From: Deltaproteobacteria bacterium
GTDB taxonomy: Bacteria > Myxococcota_A > Polyangia > Fen-1088
Assembly: GCA_033763315.1 (NCBI GenBank)
Contig: JANRKS010000016.1
Span: forward strand, 223,408 to 287,407
Direction: 5' to 3'
DNA: 64,000 bases
Shown in pieces: positions 46,901 to 54,419 of this stretch; the stretch's first letter is position 1, and every line of letters starts with the position of its first letter. Position numbers and translations under genes: made by a program. The notes under the pieces were generated by a model. The model saw only the letters and a list, made by a program, of their open reading frames with translations. It did no database searches and was not told where the DNA came from.

Positions 46901-49900
46901 GCACTACCGCCAACTTCTGGAACAACTTAAGTCTGAAGGCCGTGCGCCACAACACATCGTGATGCTGCTCGACGGCCATAACGCTGCCGCGCTTGTTCCG
47001 GTGCCCCGCACGGTGCGGGATCGCCTGTTTCCCAAACGCCTGCAGGCCAACGCCGCCCCCAGCGTTGAGCAACAGTTAACACGTCAATTCTTCGCGCCCG
47101 TGCATTTGGCGCAAGCCATCGCCGGAACGCTTGAGGCCTGTGCGTTGACGCTGGTGACCCACAGCGCATTCGCCTTGCCTGGCACAGCCCCCAACCCGTG
47201 GGCGCGCTTGACCGCCGGCCCCGCCCAAGTGATCCCGCGCGAGTTGCCCGAGCTGGCCACACGCTTGATCGATCTGGATGCCGCATTCTCAGCCACAACG
47301 GCCGCCGAACGCCTCGCGCATGAACTGCTCAATGGTGATGCCACGTCGCCGCTGCTCTTGCGTGGCAACACGCGGCTTACCCAACAGCTGTGTGCCACGC
47401 GCCTGCCGCCGCCAAATTTATCGTGGCTGTCCGACGGCGACTTGGTGCTGATCACCGGTGGCCTCGGTGGCTTGGGTTTGGCCATCGCGCAACACCTTGT
47501 GGGCCTTCGCAAAGGCCTCAAGCTTGTGTTGCTATCCCGTGAAGGGTTACCGCCATCATCGCGGTGGCAAGCGCAGCTCGCATCTGCGCACACCTCGGCG
47601 CAAACCAAGCGCCGCTTGGCCGCTGTGTCAGCGTTGCAAGCGCACGGCGCGCAGGTGATGGCCGTGGCCGCCGACGTCACCGACGCGGCCAGCCTTCGCA
47701 TTGCGCTTGCACAGGTGCGCGCGCAGCTTGGCCCCTTGCACGTGGTGATTCACGCCGCCGGCATCATGGATGATGAGCCGCTGCAAACCAAACCAGACGA
47801 AAAAATGCGGCGCGTGTTGGATGCCAAGGTCAAGGGCACCGTCAACTTGGATGACCTCATTCACGAGCCGCTCAAAGCGTTCGTCTTAATGTCCTCGGTG
47901 GCATCGTTTTTGGGCCTACCAGGCCAAGTGGATTACACCGCGGCCAACGCCTTTCAAGACGCGTTCGCAGCCCAACGCCAAGCCCACAAGCCGGGACGAT
48001 CGCTCTCCATCAACTGGAACGCGTGGCGCGAGGTGGGCATGGTGGTCAACGTCGAGCAACACACGCCCTTATCCGCCCTGCCCACAGGCACCACAAACCA
48101 TCCCTGGTTGCAAGCCAGCGAGGAGACGCCGCAAGGTCGCCGCTATTTCACTGATTTTTCCACGCACACCCACTGGCTGCTGCGCGAACATCACATCAAG
48201 GGCGCGCAGTCGCTCATACCGGGCACAGGGTTTATCGAGCTGGCGCGTGCCGCGTTCACAGATGCAGCTTCTCATCACATGCCAGCGGCCCCAGCCAACG
48301 CCGCCATCGAGTTTCGTCAAGTAACGTTCTTGCACCCGTTTCAGGTCGCGGGCGATCAGACGCGGAGGCTGCAGATCGACGTGCAGTGGGAGAACGATGT
48401 GGCCTCGGTTGAACTGCGCACCACAGGCACCAACGAGACGCACATGACCGCTGAAATACGGCTTGTGTCTGCCAAACCACAAACACACGACCTTGCAAAG
48501 ATCCGCGCGGCGTGCGTTCACGCCGGCCCCACGCGCGATGGCTTTTTGGATCAAGACTTCGTGCAGTTTGGGCCGCGCTGGCAAAACATCGCGGAGCTGC
48601 ACTTTGGGACAACTGACGCGCTCATTAACCTGCAGTTGCCCCAGCCATTTTCTTCCGACCTGCCCACGTTTGCCTTTCACCCCGCGCTGGCCGATATGGC
48701 CACCGGTGCCGCGCAAAAGCTGATCCCAGGCTTCCGCCCCCACGAAGACTTCTATGTGCCGTTCGGCTACGATCGGATCACCTTGTTGGCACCGCTTGAG
48801 CCACAAATGATCAGCCACGTCACCTTGCGCCCTGAAACCACGGGCGACGTCGCCGCGTTCGACGTGCACATTTGCACCCCGGCAGGCACGCCATTGGTGA
48901 CGATCCAAGGCTTCACCATGAAGCGCGTCCACGCCCAGGCCACCATCACACAAAGCGCCCCCACCAGCGAGGCAGCCAAGCCCACGGCAGCCATGGCCGC
49001 CATTTTGCGCGAAGCGATCACTCCCGCCGAAGGCGTCGTGGCCTTCGAGCGGGCGCTTTCCCAGTCGGCGTTGGCCAACGTTGTGATCTCATCTGTCGAC
49101 GTGAACCTGTGGCTGCGCAAACTTGCCGCCGATTCGCAACGCCTCAAGGGTGATGACGCGGCCGATGCCACGCCCAGTTTTTCACGCCCCGATCTTAACA
49201 GCGAATATGTGGCCCCCGCGGGCGCGCTGCAAACAAGTTTGGCGGCGATTTGGTCCCGCCTTTTGGGCGTGGGTAACGTGGGCGCCATGGACGATTTTTT
49301 CGAACTCGGCGGCAATTCACTCACAGCCGTACGTTTGTTTGCCCGCATCAAGAAAGACTTCGGCATTTCACTACCGCTTTCCACACTGTTTGCTGCACCC
49401 AGCATAACCCTGTTGGCTGAAGTCTTGCGCAGCCACGGCTTTGTGGCCGAGGCTGAATCCCAGGGCGCAACGCCTCCCGCGCCAACCATCGAAGTGCAAA
49501 CCATGCCCGCCCCGCCGCACATCGCGCCGCCGCTGTTGATCCGGCCGGGCAAAACTCCGTTGTTCTTCGTGCACGACGGCCTGGGCGAAGTGTTGCTTTA
49601 CCGAAACCTGGCCATGCTCATCTCACCAGAGTACGCGGTCTATGGCTTGGCACCCGAGACCGCTGGCGGCCAATTTATACACACGCGCATCACGGATATG
49701 GCGGCCGCCAAGGTGCAACGCGTCCGCAGCGTGCAACCACACGGCCCGTATCTTTTGGCAGGTCTGTGCGCCGGCGGCATCATTGCCTTCGAGATGGCGC
49801 GCCAACTAGAAGACGCAGGCGAAGAGACGCACTTCGTGGGCATCATCGACGCAGCCGACGTGCACGCGGAAGAGCGCAAGCTGCGCAGCACCCGCGCCCG

Positions 49901-50444
49901 CCTGAACCGCGCACTGCACACGCTTCGCCGCCCCACAGATCAAACGTTGCTCACACACGTCAGTGGCACCACAACCACCATGCTGCGCAAAACGCTCAAC
50001 GTGATGAACTATGAGGTATCCAAGCGTTTGGAACGCATCGCCAACCAAAAGCGCGTTGACCAATTGCAAACGCACGCGGCGCAGGGCGTGGCCGAGCCCG
50101 TCATCGAGTTTTTGAAACTATATGAACTCGCACACAAACAGCACACACCACAGGGCGTTTTTCGCAGTGGAAATGTGGTGCTGTTCCGCGCCACCCAAGG
50201 CACGGGTGATGTGGCCGACGTCCCTTTTCGAGAAGTCTATAGCGATCCATTGCTGGGCTGGTCGCCTCGCGTGCAGGGGCCAGTGACCGTCGTGGATATC
50301 CCTGGCGGCCATTCAAGCGCGCTACAAATGCCACACGTTGAGCAACTCGCCAAAGTGTTTCAAGATCAACTCGACCGCGCCGTTTTGCAGCACATGACGT
50401 TGGCCCCATTTACGCCCACCACATCCCTAGGGTTTCTGCAATGA
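43956..50444 (+). CDS. Type I PKS module: KS-AT-KR-DH-ACP-TE
   Basis: KS QTACSS/EAHGTGT/NIGHL; AT GHSMGE and VAAHS; KR ITGGLGGLG, HAAGIMDD, YTAAN; DH HHIKGAQSLIPG and HPALAD, located after the KR; ACP FFELGGNSL; TE GLCAGG and PGGH. Confidence 0.94.
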   Translation: MDPTNTTISASDDDGAIAIIGMACRFPGARNLDEYWANLVAGKESIRTLSGDELIKAGVPRRFLDDPTYVKACPVLDDIDKFDAAFFGISPRDAAVMDPAHRFFLEVAWQALENAGNTGLADESTVGVFASSGAPLYWMNNVRSHHQLVEAMGEFLVRHTGNDMNFLATRASYDLDLRGPSLNVQTACSSALAAAHLARQSLLARECDMALIGGSTILVPMAHGYHWKEGEILSPDGHCRPFDHRSAGTVFGSGTGCLVLKRLTDALDNGDTIYAVIKGSAINNDGSVKVGFLAPGVEGQADVIKKALASANVSARSISYVEAHGTGTSVGDPIELTALEQAFAEQTTDKQFCGIGSVKSNIGHLGEAAAAAALIKLALSLKHRTLPPSLGFEAPNPRFDMANSPFYVNASCRPWQSSEPLRAGITALGAGGTNVHLVLEEPPAFLEGEGGRTRNLLVLSAKSKPALERMSANLAAHIESHASDHLADVAFTLAMGRRSLCYRRVLVARDRADAVALLKGLHPTRLATLAADQSDPSVVYTFPGGGAQYARMCLDLYEAEPAFRSALDDCFAIIDAEIDPNIRSLLFAPAAQVDVATKALQRPAASLPTLFSVEYALARLFDAFGLRPAAYVGHSMGEYVAACLAGVFSLRDGLRLVALRGRLFETTQKGKMVGVSLSEAQTRAIMPAGLSIAAVNAPTLCVASGPSELIDELTRTLTAQQVDWTPIHIDVAAHSSLLEPILDEFRRFCRTISFRAPQKPVASNLTGRWLTPAEATDPEYWVRHLRGTVRFSDCVETVLADGNRVFLEIGPGRTLTTLVAAQATSVRHAFNSVRHPKEEANDVDYALQTLGKVWAAGAKVDWTALYDGQLRNRIPLPVYPFEGQSYWVDGQAVHTTSSTELVKRENIDEWFYAATWQPAPILHAHPTQAAHWLIFANDAVASQLLAEQLQQHGASDVVIVSPGAAFNQRDLARFELVEGNTEHYRQLLEQLKSEGRAPQHIVMLLDGHNAAALVPVPRTVRDRLFPKRLQANAAPSVEQQLTRQFFAPVHLAQAIAGTLEACALTLVTHSAFALPGTAPNPWARLTAGPAQVIPRELPELATRLIDLDAAFSATTAAERLAHELLNGDATSPLLLRGNTRLTQQLCATRLPPPNLSWLSDGDLVLITGGLGGLGLAIAQHLVGLRKGLKLVLLSREGLPPSSRWQAQLASAHTSAQTKRRLAAVSALQAHGAQVMAVAADVTDAASLRIALAQVRAQLGPLHVVIHAAGIMDDEPLQTKPDEKMRRVLDAKVKGTVNLDDLIHEPLKAFVLMSSVASFLGLPGQVDYTAANAFQDAFAAQRQAHKPGRSLSINWNAWREVGMVVNVEQHTPLSALPTGTTNHPWLQASEETPQGRRYFTDFSTHTHWLLREHHIKGAQSLIPGTGFIELARAAFTDAASHHMPAAPANAAIEFRQVTFLHPFQVAGDQTRRLQIDVQWENDVASVELRTTGTNETHMTAEIRLVSAKPQTHDLAKIRAACVHAGPTRDGFLDQDFVQFGPRWQNIAELHFGTTDALINLQLPQPFSSDLPTFAFHPALADMATGAAQKLIPGFRPHEDFYVPFGYDRITLLAPLEPQMISHVTLRPETTGDVAAFDVHICTPAGTPLVTIQGFTMKRVHAQATITQSAPTSEAAKPTAAMAAILREAITPAEGVVAFERALSQSALANVVISSVDVNLWLRKLAADSQRLKGDDAADATPSFSRPDLNSEYVAPAGALQTSLAAIWSRLLGVGNVGAMDDFFELGGNSLTAVRLFARIKKDFGISLPLSTLFAAPSITLLAEVLRSHGFVAEAESQGATPPAPTIEVQTMPAPPHIAPPLLIRPGKTPLFFVHDGLGEVLLYRNLAMLISPEYAVYGLAPETAGGQFIHTRITDMAAAKVQRVRSVQPHGPYLLAGLCAGGIIAFEMARQLEDAGEETHFVGIIDAADVHAEERKLRSTRARLNRALHTLRRPTDQTLLTHVSGTTTTMLRKTLNVMNYEVSKRLERIANQKRVDQLQTHAAQGVAEPVIEFLKLYELAHKQHTPQGVFRSGNVVLFRATQGTGDVADVPFREVYSDPLLGWSPRVQGPVTVVDIPGGHSSALQMPHVEQLAKVFQDQLDRAVLQHMTLAPFTPTTSLGFLQ

Positions 50445-51712
50445 CTAAGAACGATGGATCGAAACAAACCTATCTGATGGTGTTGCCTGTGCCCGCGCGC
50501 CGGCTCAACGATCACCAGTTCGCGATCGAAAGCGCCTTTGCCGACCACCTGCGTTTGCTGCGGCGCAAACTGGGCGATTTGGCCTCAACGCTCGTGGTGG
50601 CGCTTCCTCAAATGAGCGACGCCAGGTATCAGGCGTTAAAAGCGAGCCTGGCCACCGTCGATGAGACCACCGACAACATCCACTTCGCGGCGATGTACTC
50701 TGAAGACCTGGGCCGGCTCGGTTATTTCAAAGCCTTTCCCGGCATCATGCGGGCCCTGTACAAAGAGGTGCGCCAAGCCTCGGTTGTCCACGCGGGCTGT
50801 TCAGAGCTGTTCCGCCCCTATGAATTTGCGTCGTTGTTGATGGGTCGAGCGCTTGGACGCAAGACCATCAGCGTGACCGACATCGACAACCGCAAAAGCC
50901 CTGAAATGAACCTGAAATCGGGGCGTTGGTCGAAACGCGAATACCTCAGCACCATCTTGCTTCACCGCCCCACCAAGCGTTTGCAGCAGACCGTGGCCGC
51001 GCGTACGTGTTCACTCGTTCTGCTCAAAGGCGCAAAGATGGCCCATGACTACGGCAAAGGTCGCCCCAACGTCAAAAACTTCCTCGACTCAGCTTTCTCG
51101 GCTGAGCACATCATCCCTTTCGCCCAGCTTGAACAAAAGTGCGCCGCTCTTTCCGATCCCGCAACGCCCCTTGATCTCACCTACTTCGGCCGCTTGGTTG
51201 GCTACAAAGGCGTCGACCACATGCTGCGCGCCCTCGCACACGCAAAAACACTGGGCCTGCAAAACTTCCGCTTTCACATCATCGGCGGCGGCGAAGAAGA
51301 GTCCGCGCTAAAGGCGCTGACGGACACATTGGGGCTGCAACACGAAGTCATCTTTCACGGGTCTGTCCCCTTCGGCAAGACGCTGTTCGAGCGCCTGCAC
51401 AATTGCCACGTGCTCCTCGCTGCACCGCTGAGCGAAGACACCCCTCGCAGCGCGCTGGACGCCCTAGCCAGTGGCCAAGCGATCGTTGCCTACAACACGT
51501 ACTACTACGAAGAGCTCAAGTCCGCCGGCGCGCCCGTCACCACCGTTGCGTGGCCAGACGAAAAGGCACTTGGACAAGCCATCGCAAAACTCGCCCGCGA
51601 TCGTAACCAGCTGGCGATGCGATTGCGCGACGCCGTGACCTTCGCGCAAGAGAACACCCAGGAGATCTGGCTTGACCGGCGCGTCGAGTGGACACGCGCG
51701 TTGTTTGGCTAA
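50441..51712 (+). CDS. GT4-like glycosyltransferase
   Basis: YFGRLVGYKGVD, FHIIGGGEE, VIFHG.V, SEDTPRS.LDA.ASG. ATGA-coupled to the PKS stop. Confidence 0.82.
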   Translation: MTKNDGSKQTYLMVLPVPARRLNDHQFAIESAFADHLRLLRRKLGDLASTLVVALPQMSDARYQALKASLATVDETTDNIHFAAMYSEDLGRLGYFKAFPGIMRALYKEVRQASVVHAGCSELFRPYEFASLLMGRALGRKTISVTDIDNRKSPEMNLKSGRWSKREYLSTILLHRPTKRLQQTVAARTCSLVLLKGAKMAHDYGKGRPNVKNFLDSAFSAEHIIPFAQLEQKCAALSDPATPLDLTYFGRLVGYKGVDHMLRALAHAKTLGLQNFRFHIIGGGEEESALKALTDTLGLQHEVIFHGSVPFGKTLFERLHNCHVLLAAPLSEDTPRSALDALASGQAIVAYNTYYYEELKSAGAPVTTVAWPDEKALGQAIAKLARDRNQLAMRLRDAVTFAQENTQEIWLDRRVEWTRALFG

Positions 51713-51768
51713 GTGAACCGACACCACGCCGCTCCGCGCCAATCGATGGGCCGACGAGCCAGCGGGCA

Positions 51769-51854
51769 CAATCAACGCGTTGTTTATGCTCAGTAACGAC
51801 ATTATAAACGCGTTGTTTATCACCGCAAGGCTGTCAATCAACGCGTTTATATTG
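51769..51854. repeat. Three direct repeats with palindromic core AACGCGTT at 33-bp period (probable operator array)
   Basis: Cores at 51774, 51807 and 51840, in contexts CAATCAACGCGTTGTTTAT, TATAAACGCGTTGTTTAT and CAATCAACGCGTTTATATT. Confidence 0.8.
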
Positions 51855-53251
51855 TGAGAACGCTGTTCCTGGGTCACACTCGTGCCGTGGAAAGAGAAGT
51901 AGAAGGCTGGCTCCGTCAGTGGCTCGACGAAAAGGGCAAACCCCTCGTCCTCAGAGGGGCTCGGCAGGTGGGCAAAACCTGGGCGGTCAGGCGGCTCGCG
52001 GAACAGACGGGACGAGATCTGATCGAGCTCAACTTCGAACGCACCCCCCAGCATCAGTCATTGTTTCACCAGAACGATGCCCACCGCACCCTCGACCTGC
52101 TTGAGATCCACCTGGGCCGCGAAGTTGTGCCGGAGAAGTCACTTCTGTTCCTCGATGAGATTCAGGCCGCGCCGTCTTTGCTTGGGAAGCTGCGGTGGTT
52201 TGCAGAGGATCTGCCCCACCTGCCAGTCGTAGCGGCCGGTTCGCTACTGGAGTTCGCGCTTAGGGATCACTCCTACTCGATGCCTGTGGGACGCATTTCG
52301 TTTCGACATGTGCGGCCAATGACTTTTCCTGAATACTTGTCCGCCCACGACCAACGCCGTCTGCTCTCTTTGTTGTCACTTCACAATGTTCGCGACGCTA
52401 TGCCCACAGTCGTGCACGAAGCCGCAAGCAAGTGGTTTCATCGGTTCTCCATGGTGGGTGGCATGCCTGCTGTTGTGAATCTCGATGTCAGCCACGGGCT
52501 CGCCCGGCAGTGCAGAGACGCGCAACGCGACTTAATGGCGGGGTATAGGGCAGACTTCCCAAAGTATAAAGGCCGAATCGAGCAAGCTGCGCTCGAGCGC
52601 GTTTTGGCCCGTGTGGCCGCGTCTGTGGGCAAGAAGTTCACTTACGCTGAGCAAGAGCTTGCAGGGACAACCTCCAAACGAGCACTTGAACTCTTGCAAG
52701 CCGCGGGGCTGTGCAACGTCGTTAAACATTCGGCGGCGAACGGCTTACCTCTAGCTGCCGAGGAAAAGGATCGCTCCAGAAAAGTTCTCCTTCTCGACGT
52801 TGGGTTGTGGCATGCCATCATCGGAACGCCCGCGGCACGCATCTTCCCTGACCCTGAAAATCTTTCGCCGGAGGCGAGAAGCTCAATCTCAGAGCAGATG
52901 CTCGGCCAGCAGTTGCTTGCAGCGGGCGAGCAAACTGGCGATGGGCCAACCCTTCATTACTGGCACCGCGAAGGAGGGCGTCCGGGCGAGATAGATTACG
53001 TTTTGTCCATCCAAGGCAAAGTGGTGCCGATTGAACTTAAGTCTGGTGCCACCGGCGCAATGAAAAGCCTGCACCAATTCATGTTCGACAAGCAGTTAAA
53101 AATCGCCGTGCGCGTGGACAACAATCCGCCCAGCACGCAGACCATCGATTTGAAGACGGCGCAAGGCAATCCAGTGAAGTATCAGTTGCTTTCGGTGCCT
53201 CACTATTTGGCTTGGAACATCGGTTCCTTGGTTGCCAAAGAACTATCCTAG
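51854..53251 (+). CDS. AAA_14 family ATPase with C-terminal DUF4143 (PD-(D/E)XK-like) domain
   Basis: Walker A GARQVGKT, Walker B LFLDEIQ, AAGSLL, VGGMP, EIDYV...PIELKSG. The real start may be GTG 51887. Confidence 0.88.
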   Translation: MRTLFLGHTRAVEREVEGWLRQWLDEKGKPLVLRGARQVGKTWAVRRLAEQTGRDLIELNFERTPQHQSLFHQNDAHRTLDLLEIHLGREVVPEKSLLFLDEIQAAPSLLGKLRWFAEDLPHLPVVAAGSLLEFALRDHSYSMPVGRISFRHVRPMTFPEYLSAHDQRRLLSLLSLHNVRDAMPTVVHEAASKWFHRFSMVGGMPAVVNLDVSHGLARQCRDAQRDLMAGYRADFPKYKGRIEQAALERVLARVAASVGKKFTYAEQELAGTTSKRALELLQAAGLCNVVKHSAANGLPLAAEEKDRSRKVLLLDVGLWHAIIGTPAARIFPDPENLSPEARSSISEQMLGQQLLAAGEQTGDGPTLHYWHREGGRPGEIDYVLSIQGKVVPIELKSGATGAMKSLHQFMFDKQLKIAVRVDNNPPSTQTIDLKTAQGNPVKYQLLSVPHYLAWNIGSLVAKELS

Positions 53252-53290
53252 AGGACGCGGCGATCACGACTGAAGGGATGTGCACCAAGT

Positions 53291-54346
53291 CTAAGGGCAC
53301 GCGCCCCGCATCAGCACCAAGTCGTCGACGAAAGCGCGCGCTTCGTTGGGCTTGCGCACAGAATTGTCCGCGCCGACTACAAGTTGCAAGGCCCGTGTGC
53401 CGGGGGGTGCGACGAAGGCTTTCTTATAACGTCGCCACGCCGATGTATCTGCAAGGGCCACCAAAGGCGCCAACTTTTGATCATCAGCCGAAGCTTGTGT
53501 GGCGGCCGGGCCGATGGCGCGGCTGGTGGATAGCAAAGCACCGGCATCGTCATAACGATCAACGGCAACGAAGGGGGCTGGACCGCCCAACCAACGAATG
53601 CTCGCCGCGAGGCAATAGCTTTGGCCCGGCTCCACGGAGGCTAGATCAAACCAAGACGATTGCACCGAAGCCGCGGCGGATGCGGCGGTGGAAGCAAGCG
53701 ACAACACCCGTGCACCGGCGCTGGATGAACAGGCCGCCCAGCTCGCATCACTCGCGTAGGTGGCCTCCACGCCGTTGGCGCTTTGCCACGCGGGTCCGCA
53801 CGATTCAAAGGTTTGCTGGGAAACAACATCCGCAGGACGTGGCTCTTCATGCACAAAGCCTGCGCACGTTTCATCGGTGCTTGTGCATGGCACGCCCACA
53901 ATAAGCCCTGCGCATGCATATCCCTGCAAGGGCGTTTCGTTGTCACCGATGTTCTTGCTGTGACCCGTGGCCAGTTGGCCTTGATCATTGGCGCCCCAGC
54001 AACGAATGTTGCCATCGCGAAGCAGCGCACATGTGAAGTCACCACCCGCATCGATCTGCACAGCGTCGGCACCCACATCCACAAGCGCGCCGGCCCCTGC
54101 GGGCTCGTCGTCGCCGATGTTGCTGGTGCTCGCGATGCCAAGTTGCCCCGACTCATTCCAACCCCAGCAGCGAACCCGCCCGCCAGCAAGCAAGGCACAC
54201 GTGTGGTCTCGTCCCGTGGTCACTTGCACCGCCGCTTCACCAATGGGAACCACCGCAGAGGCACCGGGCGTGCCCTGCGTACCAATGTTGGCGGTGTTTC
54301 CGTACCCCAGCTGATGCACCGACTCGGTGCTGTTTGCGAGGCTCAC
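53291..54346 (-). CDS. RCC1-repeat protein with C-terminal carbohydrate-binding-like domain, probably 5'-truncated
   Basis: GRDHTCALL..G.VRCWG.N..GQLG and GGDFTCALLRDGNIRCWG.N..GQL repeats. Begins mid-repeat (HQLGYG) with no signal peptide. Confidence 0.7.
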   Translation of the reverse strand: MSLANSTESVHQLGYGNTANIGTQGTPGASAVVPIGEAAVQVTTGRDHTCALLAGGRVRCWGWNESGQLGIASTSNIGDDEPAGAGALVDVGADAVQIDAGGDFTCALLRDGNIRCWGANDQGQLATGHSKNIGDNETPLQGYACAGLIVGVPCTSTDETCAGFVHEEPRPADVVSQQTFESCGPAWQSANGVEATYASDASWAACSSSAGARVLSLASTAASAAASVQSSWFDLASVEPGQSYCLAASIRWLGGPAPFVAVDRYDDAGALLSTSRAIGPAATQASADDQKLAPLVALADTSAWRRYKKAFVAPPGTRALQLVVGADNSVRKPNEARAFVDDLVLMRGACP

Positions 54347-54419
54347 TCGTCAAATTGCCCACCGCTCTTCTGTGCACGTCAATTCTGCGCTTTTTGTTAC
54401 GCGCCGTTAATCGCTGGCT

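Larger units (their letters stand above)
1..51712. other. Combined Wzx/Wzy exopolysaccharide and NRPS/PKS biosynthetic locus (open at left edge)
   Basis: Polysaccharide genes flank and interleave the four megasynthase genes. The PPTase and PKS are translationally coupled to glycosyltransferases. Confidence 0.8.

Noticed and set aside
51769-51854. Possible mini CRISPR array
   Set aside because: Only three copies, a 33-bp total period (too short for repeat plus spacer), degenerate flanks and no cas genes. Better explained as operator sites.
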